Source of the DNA: Limisphaerales bacterium
GTDB lineage: Bacteria; Verrucomicrobiota; Verrucomicrobiia; Limisphaerales; JAJOIW01
Direction: 5' to 3'
NCBI GenBank assembly: GCA_965657355.1
Contig: CBFHOE010000003.1
Location: 341,520 to 405,519, forward strand
DNA length: 64,000 nt
The notes under the pieces were generated by a model, which was given only the letters and a program-made list of their open reading frames with translations, ran no database searches and was not told the origin of the DNA. This document shows positions 9,831 through 19,518 of the stretch, piece by piece (position 1 is the stretch's first letter; each line of letters opens with the position of its first letter). The position numbers were made by a program, and so were the translations under genes.

Positions 9831-11384
9831 GTGAAAGGAACCGAGATAAACATATGTCAAAGGCCAATTTGGGAAAGACAAAGAATTCCAAATTGGTTTC
9901 TTTTTATATTCATATTCAGCCAATTAGCATTTTTCCAGGCACTCAAACTGAAGGGTGATCCCCCTAATATCGTTTTTATTATCGCGGATGATATGGAGTG
10001 GGATGATGCTGGTTGTTACGGGCATTCTGTAGTCCGTACACCAAATCTGGATAAGATGGCGGCTGAGGGTATGCTGTTTAGCCATGGCTTTGTGACAAGT
10101 AGCTCATGTAGCCCAAGTAGAGCCAGCATAATCACTGGAAAATATCCCCATAATACTGGAGCAGAGGAACTTCATTGGCCTGTTCCTGCGGGTCAGAAGA
10201 CTTTTGTTGAAGAGCTTAAAGAAAATGGGTATTGGACGGGTGCCGCGGGCAAATGGCATTTGGGCGAGGCCATGAAGTCTCGCTTTGACGAGGTCATGGA
10301 AGTTGACACTTCAGGTTTCCAACTGCCTTCTGGTGAGAAAGGGTTATCAGGAAAGTTTAAACAAACATATCAAGGTGATGCTCGCAGTGGTTGCACCGAT
10401 TGGATTCCATTGTTTAAAAAGCGGCCGAAAGGAAAGCCATTTTTTCTCTGGCTGGCAGCACTGGACCCACATCGTCCTTATGATAAAAATGCCATCCCCA
10501 ATCCTCATAAACCAGAGGATGTGCTCATTTCTCCTTATCACCCTGATTTACCGTCGGTAAGAGAAGACTACGCTCTCTACTACGATGAAGTGACTCGATT
10601 GGATTTTTTTGTCGGGAAAGTTATCGATCAATTGAGTATTGAAGGATTGGAGCAAAATACTTTTATTTTATTTATTAGCGACAATGGCAAACCTTTTCCT
10701 CGAGATAAAACAACTCTCTATGATAGTGGAATAAGGTCCCCATGGATAATAAAATGGCCAAAAAATGTGCGGCCTGGAACGCGGAGTAAAAGCTTGGTGA
10801 GTTCGATTGATATTGCGCCGACTTTTCTGGACATAGCAGGCGTCAAACCTCATGAGCGATATTCAGGAAAGAGCATGCTCCCGTTGATAAAAAACCCAGA
10901 TGATAAGATTCGAGAATACATCTTTGCGGAAAAAAATTGGCATGATTATGAAGATCACTCGCGAGCAGTTCGGGATAGTCGGTATAAACTGATTGTGAAT
11001 AGTTACGTTGATTTACCCAATACCCCACCGGCTGACGCTGTGCGAAGTCCCATTTTTCAATCCATGTTAAAATTGTATAACGAAGGTAGTCTTGAAATTT
11101 CTAAACAACAGATCTTCCTGAAACCCAGGCCTGGTTTGGAGCTTTACGATACCAAAGTTGATCCCTTTGAACTTAATAATCTCGCCGGGCGTATTCCGTA
11201 TCTTGAAATTCAGAAAAGACTATCTTTAGCATTAAATAAATGGGTTGCTGAAACGGGCGATTATGTTCCTAGTTTAAGGACAGCTGATGAGTTTGATCGT
11301 GAGACTGGCAAGCCGACGCCAGCCCGTGTTCGGCCACGTTTATCTAAAATCCAAATGCAGTCCAAAGGGTTGACGGCTCCTTGA
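9831..11384 (+). CDS. Sulfatase (N-sulfoglucosamine sulfohydrolase-like)
   Basis: PNIVFIIADD, CSPSR signature, GKWHLG, DPHRPY, FISDNG and ELYD...DPFELNNLA. Confidence 0.93.
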   Translation: MKGTEINICQRPIWERQRIPNWFLFIFIFSQLAFFQALKLKGDPPNIVFIIADDMEWDDAGCYGHSVVRTPNLDKMAAEGMLFSHGFVTSSSCSPSRASIITGKYPHNTGAEELHWPVPAGQKTFVEELKENGYWTGAAGKWHLGEAMKSRFDEVMEVDTSGFQLPSGEKGLSGKFKQTYQGDARSGCTDWIPLFKKRPKGKPFFLWLAALDPHRPYDKNAIPNPHKPEDVLISPYHPDLPSVREDYALYYDEVTRLDFFVGKVIDQLSIEGLEQNTFILFISDNGKPFPRDKTTLYDSGIRSPWIIKWPKNVRPGTRSKSLVSSIDIAPTFLDIAGVKPHERYSGKSMLPLIKNPDDKIREYIFAEKNWHDYEDHSRAVRDSRYKLIVNSYVDLPNTPPADAVRSPIFQSMLKLYNEGSLEISKQQIFLKPRPGLELYDTKVDPFELNNLAGRIPYLEIQKRLSLALNKWVAETGDYVPSLRTADEFDRETGKPTPARVRPRLSKIQMQSKGLTAP

Positions 11385-11406
11385 TTAACATGAACATGCT
11401 GAAACA

Positions 11407-11745
11407 ATGATAAATTTAAAATGGCTTTCCCGGATTTTTTTTATAGCCCTTATTCACATTTTTTTGAGTTGCCAGACCAATCCCTTAAAAAGCGAAATTG
11501 GTAAAATGACATCCCAACAGGCGAAGCTAAGATTTGGATCACCTGATGAAACAAACCAGTTGCCTTCCGGATTTCTAGAACTTAGTTGGTTTATTTCATC
11601 TGAATTCGGAAGTTTGAGAAAGCAAGTCATGACATTTAATGACAAAGGGTTGCTCGCTGATGTAAGATCCTACTACGTAGGGGAAGTAACTCCTCCCCTT
11701 GGGCCCGTATTTACCGACAAATATGAACGATCTGTTCTTGAATAG
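11407..11745 (+). CDS. Small lipoprotein, SmpA/BamE-like fold possible
   Basis: Lipobox FLSC, and an MTSQQAKLRFGSPD...W...FNDKGLL pattern. Confidence 0.6.
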   Translation: MINLKWLSRIFFIALIHIFLSCQTNPLKSEIGKMTSQQAKLRFGSPDETNQLPSGFLELSWFISSEFGSLRKQVMTFNDKGLLADVRSYYVGEVTPPLGPVFTDKYERSVLE

Positions 11746-11766
11746 AAACTGCTAAAAGAATTTCAA

Positions 11767-14700
11767 ATGAAACAAATACATATCGTTGCCTTCATACTTT
11801 TTTTATTTCCGAAAATCATATTTTCCCAATCAGATTCCGATCCAACCTTTCCAATAACAGCCGACGGTTTCACCGTCCAATTATTTGCCAGGGATCCAAT
11901 GGTCCGCAATCCTTGCGCTATTACCTTTGACGCCCAGGGCCGGCTTACAGTGGGAATGGGACCTCAATACCGGAAACCAAAACCCGAGACTCCCGGCGAC
12001 AGCGTTTATATATTGGAGGATACAAACAATGATGGAGAGGCCGACCGAAAAATTGAATTTGCTACCGGATTCAACAACATACAAGGCTTATTGTGGGACC
12101 GGGATCAGCTCTACATTGCCAATGCTCCCGACTTCACAGTGGTTAGAGATATCGACAATGATGGTAAAGCTGATGTTTATACCAAACTGTATACTGATTT
12201 GGGCAATCTTGAGCACGGATTGCATGGGCTCAACTGGGGGCCTGATGGGTATCTCTATATGTCAAAGGGTAATTCAAAAGGTTTAACCCAGCCCCCCAAC
12301 AGGATCGCTCCAGGCCCCTTCCGTAAACTTTGGGGCATTGATGTCGATGGGCTTCCCGATTTTCCTGATCCCAAAACATACTCCGGGACTGAATACAAAA
12401 GGGCCTTTCATGATCCTTCCGACGACTGGGGGAGGCAGGGAGGTATTTTGAGGTGTCAGCCCGATGGGAGCGGATTAGAGATCTTTGCTGCAGGATTCAG
12501 AAACCCGTGGGATATTGCCTTCGATAGCTCCTTTAATTGGCTTGGAACGGATAATGACCAAAATTTAGGAGATAAGATATTTTCCCCTTTTTATGGTGCT
12601 CACTTTGGATGGGGGCACGAATGGAGTTCTGATTGGGCCGGTGAAAATCATCTGCCTACGTTACCTCGCAATGGGCCTTTATTCGAAGGCTCTGGGACAG
12701 GCGTTACTTGGTGGAACCCCGATGGTGTGCCCGATGAATACAAGGGCGTCTTTCTCATTAATGATTGGTTGACTCGGGAGGTCCTGGTTTACAAGCCCGA
12801 ATGGGATGGTGCTCGTATGAGACCGAGTAAGACACCACTTGAAATTCTGGCGACAGCTGAAAGAGGAAGAGATATGTCGCGAAGCGATGGGAGAAGTTTT
12901 GATCCTGTCGATATAGAAATAGGACCGGATGGCTCAATTTATATTTCAAGTTGGGGTCGTGAATATGGTGCTGTATTCAAAGATAATAAATTTTCCAATG
13001 AAGGCAGGATTTATAAATTAACTCATTCCGATTTGAAAATGAGAAGTCCGGTTGTTCCTTCAAAGTTTACATCTCTTACCAATGATGCATTGATTGGATT
13101 GTTTGCTGACGAACATATCCAAGTTCGACTTAGGTTGCTCCAACAAGAACTCATAAAAAGGATCAAGAGTGGAGATCTTGAAGTTGCGAGTACCTTCGAT
13201 CATGACCTTCCGGAGAAGACCAGGACTTGGTTGATTCATGCGGCTTCTCTTGCCGGTGATACAACGTTTTTAAGAGGTGAATTGAATCGATCCAATCTAT
13301 TGGATAAGAAGCGCGAACAAACTCTTATCCAGGTTATTCGTAGTTTATCCAAACAAGATTTCATAGATTCAAAAGTATTCTTCATGTCTGTTGTCGGCTC
13401 CGATTATAAACGTGTTTCCCATGAGATATGTGTGGGGGTCCATCGGCATAAGCTCCCTTGGCACCAGCTGTTGGTTAAAGCCTTGTCAGAAGAAACCGAC
13501 CGTTTGGTATATTACACTGCCTGGCGCGCGTTGGGTGAAATTTGTTCACAGAAGGAATTAATTGCTTACACCAAAGCAAGTCATCCAAGGGTCAGGTTAG
13601 GGGCTTTACTCGGTTTGCTTGAAGAGGATATGGGGTCTGACGAGGTCGTCTCTCACCTTACAAAAGACCCTGACTCAATTGTCGCTAATATCGCTAAGAA
13701 ATGGATGTCAGGGAAGGATTCATACGTCATTAAAGGAAAACCTTTATTGGTAAACTCTGCGTTGAAACCTGATGCCAAAGAGTCCAGAGAACTCTACACA
13801 GTTTTTATCAATGGCGCTCCGAAAATTTATGCAAAACAAAGTTCAGGAGAATTTTCATGGAGCCTAGTAGAGGAAGGCGCTGAAACATACACGGACCGAT
13901 CATATGCGCTGAAAAACGTGCCGGAAAAATTTTGCGGGATGTTACTTCTAAAGACTTCCAATGCAGACGATAGGAACAAGGATGTAAAATTGAATATGAC
14001 AATAGACAAGAACGCCAGTCTCTACGTCTGTCATGATAGACGCGTTCCGAAAAAGTATCACCCTCAATGGCTAAGGTCATTTAAAAAACTGGACCACATA
14101 ATCACGAATGAGGATAGTGAGTTTGACATATTTTACAAAGATGTCTCACCTGGAGAGATTGCTTTGGGAGCAAACTGGGAGGGCACAGAAAACCCGACTT
14201 GGTCACAAGCCCAATATTTTGTTTTTATGGATATTCCAGGGTTTACTGTGACTCGGAAAAAATCTGAAACTAATATCGAAGATTCTATCAAGCTTTTGGC
14301 AAGCGCTGACAAACAAAGAGGAAAGAATTTATTTTTTAACAGAGACGGCGCTGCTTGCGCAAAGTGTCACAGGCTTGAGGGTGTCGGGAATGCCTTTGCT
14401 CCAGATCTCAATGATATAGGTAAAAGAGTATCCGCCGAATTTATTGTCCAATCTATAATTGACCCCGATGCGCACATCACAGAGGGTTTTCATCAGTCAG
14501 TCATTGAGACTAAGGGCGGAGGTGTTTATTCAGGGATTTTGCTCAGCGAATCAGGTCGTAATGTCCGCGTGGCACTGATGAGTGGAGACTTGGTTTCCGT
14601 CCCAACCCTTGATATTTCATCGAGGACTGTATTAAAGGCATCTGGAATGCCCTCGTATTTTAAGGCACTGCTTTCCTCGAGAGACGTGGCTGACATCACG

Positions 14701-15594
14701 GCGTATTTGCTTTCAGCTTCAACAGCTCAGAGCGATGTGATCGAAGGTGGTAGCTGGAGAATTGAGAAGTCTGCTGAAAAACTGGATATTTTCTACCAAC
14801 GGAAATTGATTGCAACATATGTTATGCAACATCCCAAATTAACACGGCCTGCTCTAGTGAATGTGCATACTTTATCAGGCGAGCCAGTGACCCGGAAGTT
14901 TCCCGCAGGACCAGATGCAGACCATCAGTATATGCATCCTGGGTTATCCGTGAGCTTTGGCTGGATCAGTGGAAATGACTACTGGAGAATGAAATCTCCA
15001 GTCAATCACATTGGTTTTGTCAAGCAACCAGCTATTGAAAATGGAGTTCTAGAGTTTGAAGTGAAAAACGCTTATTTATCCAAGAACCAAAAGGCAACTA
15101 TTTGTTTTGAACTTCTTAATCTGAAATTAAAACCATTGAAAAAGGGGCAACTCCATGTTTCCTGGAACTCGAAATTCTACAACGACCAAAACTCGTTCAT
15201 ATTCGGTGATCAAGAGGAATCAGGTCTAGCTTTCCGCATTTCTGAGGATTTGAATGTTAAAAGTGGAAACGGAAGGATTACTAATGATATGGGTATGAGT
15301 AATGGTTCTGGGACTTGGGGAAAACCCTTTTCTTGGATAGAATATTCCGGCATCCGAAATAAAAAGAGAATCGGAGCGATAATCAAGCCCAGGCCTACTA
15401 ATCAAAGAAAGTGCTGGGCCCATAGCCGTGACTACGGAGTGTTAGTTGCCAATCCATTTCCAAGACAGGATCGAGAACAGAGGACTCCGCTCAGGCCAAC
15501 TCAAATTGCCGAGAAATCCGTATACGACCTGTCTTATGAGATGATCATATTCGAATCTTCCCCCGAGATTTTGGCGGACAGGGTTTGGAAATAA
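11767..15594 (+). CDS. PVC-type heme-binding CxxCH protein: dehydrogenase-like beta-propeller + HEAT repeats + putative CBM + cytochrome c + PmoA/DUF6807-like C-terminal domain
   Basis: GFTVQLFARDPMVRNP start, DTNNDGEAD, GFRNPWD, CAKCH...APDL...SGMP heme c module, and C-terminal DHQYMHPGL...FGDQEESGLAFR...WAHSRDYG. Confidence 0.85.
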   Translation: MKQIHIVAFILFLFPKIIFSQSDSDPTFPITADGFTVQLFARDPMVRNPCAITFDAQGRLTVGMGPQYRKPKPETPGDSVYILEDTNNDGEADRKIEFATGFNNIQGLLWDRDQLYIANAPDFTVVRDIDNDGKADVYTKLYTDLGNLEHGLHGLNWGPDGYLYMSKGNSKGLTQPPNRIAPGPFRKLWGIDVDGLPDFPDPKTYSGTEYKRAFHDPSDDWGRQGGILRCQPDGSGLEIFAAGFRNPWDIAFDSSFNWLGTDNDQNLGDKIFSPFYGAHFGWGHEWSSDWAGENHLPTLPRNGPLFEGSGTGVTWWNPDGVPDEYKGVFLINDWLTREVLVYKPEWDGARMRPSKTPLEILATAERGRDMSRSDGRSFDPVDIEIGPDGSIYISSWGREYGAVFKDNKFSNEGRIYKLTHSDLKMRSPVVPSKFTSLTNDALIGLFADEHIQVRLRLLQQELIKRIKSGDLEVASTFDHDLPEKTRTWLIHAASLAGDTTFLRGELNRSNLLDKKREQTLIQVIRSLSKQDFIDSKVFFMSVVGSDYKRVSHEICVGVHRHKLPWHQLLVKALSEETDRLVYYTAWRALGEICSQKELIAYTKASHPRVRLGALLGLLEEDMGSDEVVSHLTKDPDSIVANIAKKWMSGKDSYVIKGKPLLVNSALKPDAKESRELYTVFINGAPKIYAKQSSGEFSWSLVEEGAETYTDRSYALKNVPEKFCGMLLLKTSNADDRNKDVKLNMTIDKNASLYVCHDRRVPKKYHPQWLRSFKKLDHIITNEDSEFDIFYKDVSPGEIALGANWEGTENPTWSQAQYFVFMDIPGFTVTRKKSETNIEDSIKLLASADKQRGKNLFFNRDGAACAKCHRLEGVGNAFAPDLNDIGKRVSAEFIVQSIIDPDAHITEGFHQSVIETKGGGVYSGILLSESGRNVRVALMSGDLVSVPTLDISSRTVLKASGMPSYFKALLSSRDVADITAYLLSASTAQSDVIEGGSWRIEKSAEKLDIFYQRKLIATYVMQHPKLTRPALVNVHTLSGEPVTRKFPAGPDADHQYMHPGLSVSFGWISGNDYWRMKSPVNHIGFVKQPAIENGVLEFEVKNAYLSKNQKATICFELLNLKLKPLKKGQLHVSWNSKFYNDQNSFIFGDQEESGLAFRISEDLNVKSGNGRITNDMGMSNGSGTWGKPFSWIEYSGIRNKKRIGAIIKPRPTNQRKCWAHSRDYGVLVANPFPRQDREQRTPLRPTQIAEKSVYDLSYEMIIFESSPEILADRVWK

Positions 15595-15662
15595 ATTATC
15601 TTATTTTAAATCGATTTTATATGACCTTTTCATGGCCCCCCAAACCTGGTTAATTGTAAGCG

Positions 15663-16472
15663 ATGGCTTCTTCTGATCTTCCCGGAAAAGGATGGATATT
15701 ATCTACAGATTTTGACGGTACTCTTTTAGACTCGAACACCCCACCAAGGGTGGACTCCAAATTGACCAGTTGGATTTCAGCGTTTCGAGAGAGAGGCGGT
15801 ATTTGGACGATAAATACGGGAAGAGAACTACCATATCTCACCGCAGGCCTTAGACAGTCGAAAATGGGGATTGTTCCCGACTATGCCATTGTCGTTGAGA
15901 GAGAAATTTATAAATTTGATCATGGGGATTATGAGCCGGTGTTTCCATGGTTTGAGCAATGTTGCGACCATCATGCCAAGATTTTTGAGGTTCACAATCA
16001 TCGATGGGGGGATCTGAAAAGTTGGATCGCTACGAACGCAAGTGCTGTGACCTATCAGGACAAATACTCCCCATTTTCTGTCATAGCCGATGATGAGGAG
16101 CAGGCGAGCAAGATTCATCGCAAGATGGAATTGGCTGCGCAAGATATGGAAAAAATCATATATGTCCACAACACGATCTATGGGAGGTTTGCGCATGAGG
16201 ATTATCACAAAGGCTCGGCTTTAAAGGAATTATCAAGAATCAACTCAATTCCGATTGATCGAGTTATTTCTGCCGGGGACCACTGGAATGATTTCTCCAT
16301 GTTCGATAATACGATTTCCGGTTATTGGATAGCTCCCGGAAATGCCATTTCAGATCTCAAGGATCATATTCTAAAGCATCCACGGGGTTACGTTGCAAAA
16401 AATACTAGTAGTTTGGGAATTCTCGAGGCACTTTCATTTTTCTTCCCTGAGCTCCAAAGTGAAAAAATATGA
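15663..16472 (+). CDS. HAD-superfamily hydrolase, subfamily IIB (Cof/sucrose-phosphatase-like)
   Basis: TDFDGTLL, NTGR, KGSAL, GDHWNDFSM and GNA motifs. Confidence 0.9.
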   Translation: MASSDLPGKGWILSTDFDGTLLDSNTPPRVDSKLTSWISAFRERGGIWTINTGRELPYLTAGLRQSKMGIVPDYAIVVEREIYKFDHGDYEPVFPWFEQCCDHHAKIFEVHNHRWGDLKSWIATNASAVTYQDKYSPFSVIADDEEQASKIHRKMELAAQDMEKIIYVHNTIYGRFAHEDYHKGSALKELSRINSIPIDRVISAGDHWNDFSMFDNTISGYWIAPGNAISDLKDHILKHPRGYVAKNTSSLGILEALSFFFPELQSEKI

Positions 16473-16594
16473 GATAATCAGGTGGTTTCGATTGACATCA
16501 GATCCGACTTAAGATCATTTATTAATGTCCCTTCAATGTTGCTAGATCATGCCTGTGGCGGATCTAATGACTTACGGAAAGATATACAGAAATA

Positions 16595-18421
16595 ATGAGC
16601 GAATCATCGGTTCCTACCGCAAAAGAGTCAGACCAAGCCCTCGACAAAACGATATCAGAAGTTGTTATACGAATAGCTGGAAATTCACAAGATGGCATCC
16701 AATCCATCGGTGGATTCCTCGCCCGGCTAGCGGGAAGAAGTGAACAGGAGGTCATGACCTTCATGACCATCCCCGCGACCATCTCGGGTGGGCCGTCGGT
16801 TTTCCAAGTAAGGATCGGGAGTGGCGAGGTGATGAGCCCAGGTGACCTCTCCGATGTTCTTCTCGCATTTTACGACCACAGCTATGAAAAGCATATAGGT
16901 CAATTAAAGAAGGGTGGGCTTGTTTTATACGATAGTGATCACGTTGAACCTAATCCTGAATGGACGGATGAGTATGCGCACGTTGGAGTGCCAATATCTA
17001 CTTTGACCATTGAAGCCATCGGAGGCACAGCCAAAGACAAGGGTAAAAATTTATTTGCATTGGGACTCATCTCCAAGGTCTTCCAACTCGATTCGGATAA
17101 GATTATACGATTGATGACGGAAAGATTTGGGTCCAAGGGAGAAAGTATACTTAAGACGGCGCTCAATGCCTTTCATGCAGGATATGCCTATGAAGTCGGT
17201 GACCTAATAGCGACTTACAAATTTACAGAACCTGAAAAGAGAGATAAAGACCAGGTTGTTTGCAGCGGCAATGAAGCTTTAGCTTACGGTTTGATCGCTG
17301 CGGGTGTCCGTTTTGGCGCTGGGTATCCCATCACCCCCTGGTCAGACATCATGGAGCTACTTCGAAGAGAGTTGCCCAAATATGGGGGCATGTTCATACA
17401 AGGCGAGGATGAGATTGCCTCCGTCGCCATGGCCATTGGATCCAGTTATTCTGGGGGGGTAGCTGTCACTGGCTCTAGCGGTCCGGGTATAGCTCTTAAA
17501 TCCGAAGCCATCGGTTGGGCAGTCATGGCCGAGGTGCCATTAGTGATTTGTGATATTCAAAGAGGAGGTCCGTCTACTGGTCTTCCAACTAGCGTCGAGC
17601 AATCCGATCTCAATATTGCCTGTTTTGGTGGTCATGGTGATTCTCCACGGGTAGTGGTCGCTCCCTCGGATGTGGAGGATTGTTTCTACACAGCAATCGA
17701 TGCAGTAAACATCGCAAAGAAATATAGTGTCCCTGTGTTTATACTTAGTGATCAGTCCATAGCATCAAGGATTGAGGCTTTTTCTGAACCGGATCTCGAA
17801 GGCTTATGCCAAGAAATCAGGCCTGATTTCTCACCTGTTCCATCTCACAAGCCATATGACCTGAGTGACCCATCTGGTGTGAGCCAACATTTACCTCCTG
17901 GAACCCGTATAGAAGATGGAAAATACCCGGTTTTGACTGGGCTTGAGCACGATGAAATGGGGCACCCAGCAGGCTCCCCGGAGCTGCACAAAAAAATGTC
18001 AGCAAAAAGACGCCAGAAATTAATTTCATTGGCTGGCGAGCTCCCACTTCCCAAAATTCATGGTTCTGACTCAGGAGATGTTTTGTTATTGGCTTGGGGG
18101 TCAAGTTTCGGACCTGTACGCGAAGCTGTCAAAGCAAGTGCCTCTCACTCCTCGATAAGCCTGAGCTGCGCGTGTATTCGCCACATCAATCCGCTGCCTG
18201 ATGGTTTGGATCAATTAATTGACAAGTTTGCGCACGTGTTTGTGGTCGAGCTCAATGATGAAGGAATCAATGGTTATGGGCAGCTCTGTTCGATATTAAG
18301 AGCGAAATACTGTAATCCTAAAATCAAGGGGATCAGTAAAACTGATGGACTGACCTTTAAGATCCAAGAAATCCTTGATGCGGTATCGGATAAAGTCGCT
18401 ATGGCCGAAGCGGCCCAATAA
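16595..18421 (+). CDS. korA: 2-oxoacid:acceptor (ferredoxin) oxidoreductase, alpha subunit
   Basis: Fused gamma domain IRIAGNSQDGIQSIG, GYPITP, EDEIA, QRGGPSTGLPT and TGLEHDEMG. Confidence 0.92.
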   Translation: MSESSVPTAKESDQALDKTISEVVIRIAGNSQDGIQSIGGFLARLAGRSEQEVMTFMTIPATISGGPSVFQVRIGSGEVMSPGDLSDVLLAFYDHSYEKHIGQLKKGGLVLYDSDHVEPNPEWTDEYAHVGVPISTLTIEAIGGTAKDKGKNLFALGLISKVFQLDSDKIIRLMTERFGSKGESILKTALNAFHAGYAYEVGDLIATYKFTEPEKRDKDQVVCSGNEALAYGLIAAGVRFGAGYPITPWSDIMELLRRELPKYGGMFIQGEDEIASVAMAIGSSYSGGVAVTGSSGPGIALKSEAIGWAVMAEVPLVICDIQRGGPSTGLPTSVEQSDLNIACFGGHGDSPRVVVAPSDVEDCFYTAIDAVNIAKKYSVPVFILSDQSIASRIEAFSEPDLEGLCQEIRPDFSPVPSHKPYDLSDPSGVSQHLPPGTRIEDGKYPVLTGLEHDEMGHPAGSPELHKKMSAKRRQKLISLAGELPLPKIHGSDSGDVLLLAWGSSFGPVREAVKASASHSSISLSCACIRHINPLPDGLDQLIDKFAHVFVVELNDEGINGYGQLCSILRAKYCNPKIKGISKTDGLTFKIQEILDAVSDKVAMAEAAQ

Positions 18422-18457
18422 TAAGTAAAAATTAAAAGTCTAGAATTTTAAAAAATA

Positions 18458-19369
18458 ATGAGTGTTACAGATAATTCGCCTAAGGTCACCGATCAAAACA
18501 GGGCTCCGGTAACTAAAAAAGACCTCACCGCAGACCATCCTACTTGGTGTCCAGGTTGCGGTGATTTTTCAGTGCTTGCATTTTATTACAAGTTGTTGAC
18601 TAAGAGGCAGGTTGCTCACGAAAAAGTAACGACAGTGGCGGGTATTGGTTGCTCAAGCCGATTCCCTTATTTTGTTCAGGCGCACGGTGTCCATTTCATT
18701 CATGGGAGGGCTTTGCCCTTTGCATCTGGAGTTTCTTTATCCAGACCTGATTTACACGTTTTTGCTTTCGGGGGTGATGGTGATGCCTTTTCAATAGGGG
18801 GAAACCACCTCAACCACACAGCTCGCAGGAATGTGAAAATGACCTACGTCATCATGGATAATTATGTCTATGGGCTCACCAAAAAACAGACCTCCCCGAC
18901 CTCTCCTGTGGGATTCAAATCTAAAACAGATGTGTGGGGGTCCAAAGATCGTCCTATTAATCCAATGAAGCAGTTGATCTCAAGCGGAGCAACCTTTGTA
19001 GCTCGGGCCACTCACTCAAAGCCAAACCACCTCCTCCAAATGATGGAAGCGGCTATGGATCATGACGGATTCAGTGTTATCGAATGCTTATCCGAGTGTG
19101 TCGAATTTTATCCCGGTGCTTTCGATGCCTCCAATACTAGGAAAGGTGGAGAATTCAATTTGGTGCCAGACGATCATGATGTGACTGATGAACATGCAGC
19201 GTATGCTCTTGCTGGAGAACCTTTTCCCGGTTATTTTGGCATATATTATAAGCAGGATGTTCAGACAAAAAATCAGAATGAGGCCGAGATCATAAAACCC
19301 ATTCATGAAAAGTTTTCCGATAAATCCCCTGCCGAGATACTTCAGCTCTCTTTCAACCGGATGAAGTAA
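18458..19369 (+). CDS. korB: 2-oxoacid:ferredoxin oxidoreductase, beta subunit (TPP-binding)
   Basis: WCPGCGD, GIGCSSR, HGRALP and GDGD...NYVYGLTK motifs. Confidence 0.92.
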   Translation: MSVTDNSPKVTDQNRAPVTKKDLTADHPTWCPGCGDFSVLAFYYKLLTKRQVAHEKVTTVAGIGCSSRFPYFVQAHGVHFIHGRALPFASGVSLSRPDLHVFAFGGDGDAFSIGGNHLNHTARRNVKMTYVIMDNYVYGLTKKQTSPTSPVGFKSKTDVWGSKDRPINPMKQLISSGATFVARATHSKPNHLLQMMEAAMDHDGFSVIECLSECVEFYPGAFDASNTRKGGEFNLVPDDHDVTDEHAAYALAGEPFPGYFGIYYKQDVQTKNQNEAEIIKPIHEKFSDKSPAEILQLSFNRMK

Positions 19370-19518
19370 AATCTTTTTTTGATTTACTCGAGGGTATTTA
19401 AGTTAAGAACTCAAATAGTTGAGTTTACAATTTGTGGCTTTCCATTAATTTAACAGTTTTGGAGTCATTCTCACTCATATTTTGTAACGAATCTCAAAAA
19501 TTATAGTCCTATAGTCAA

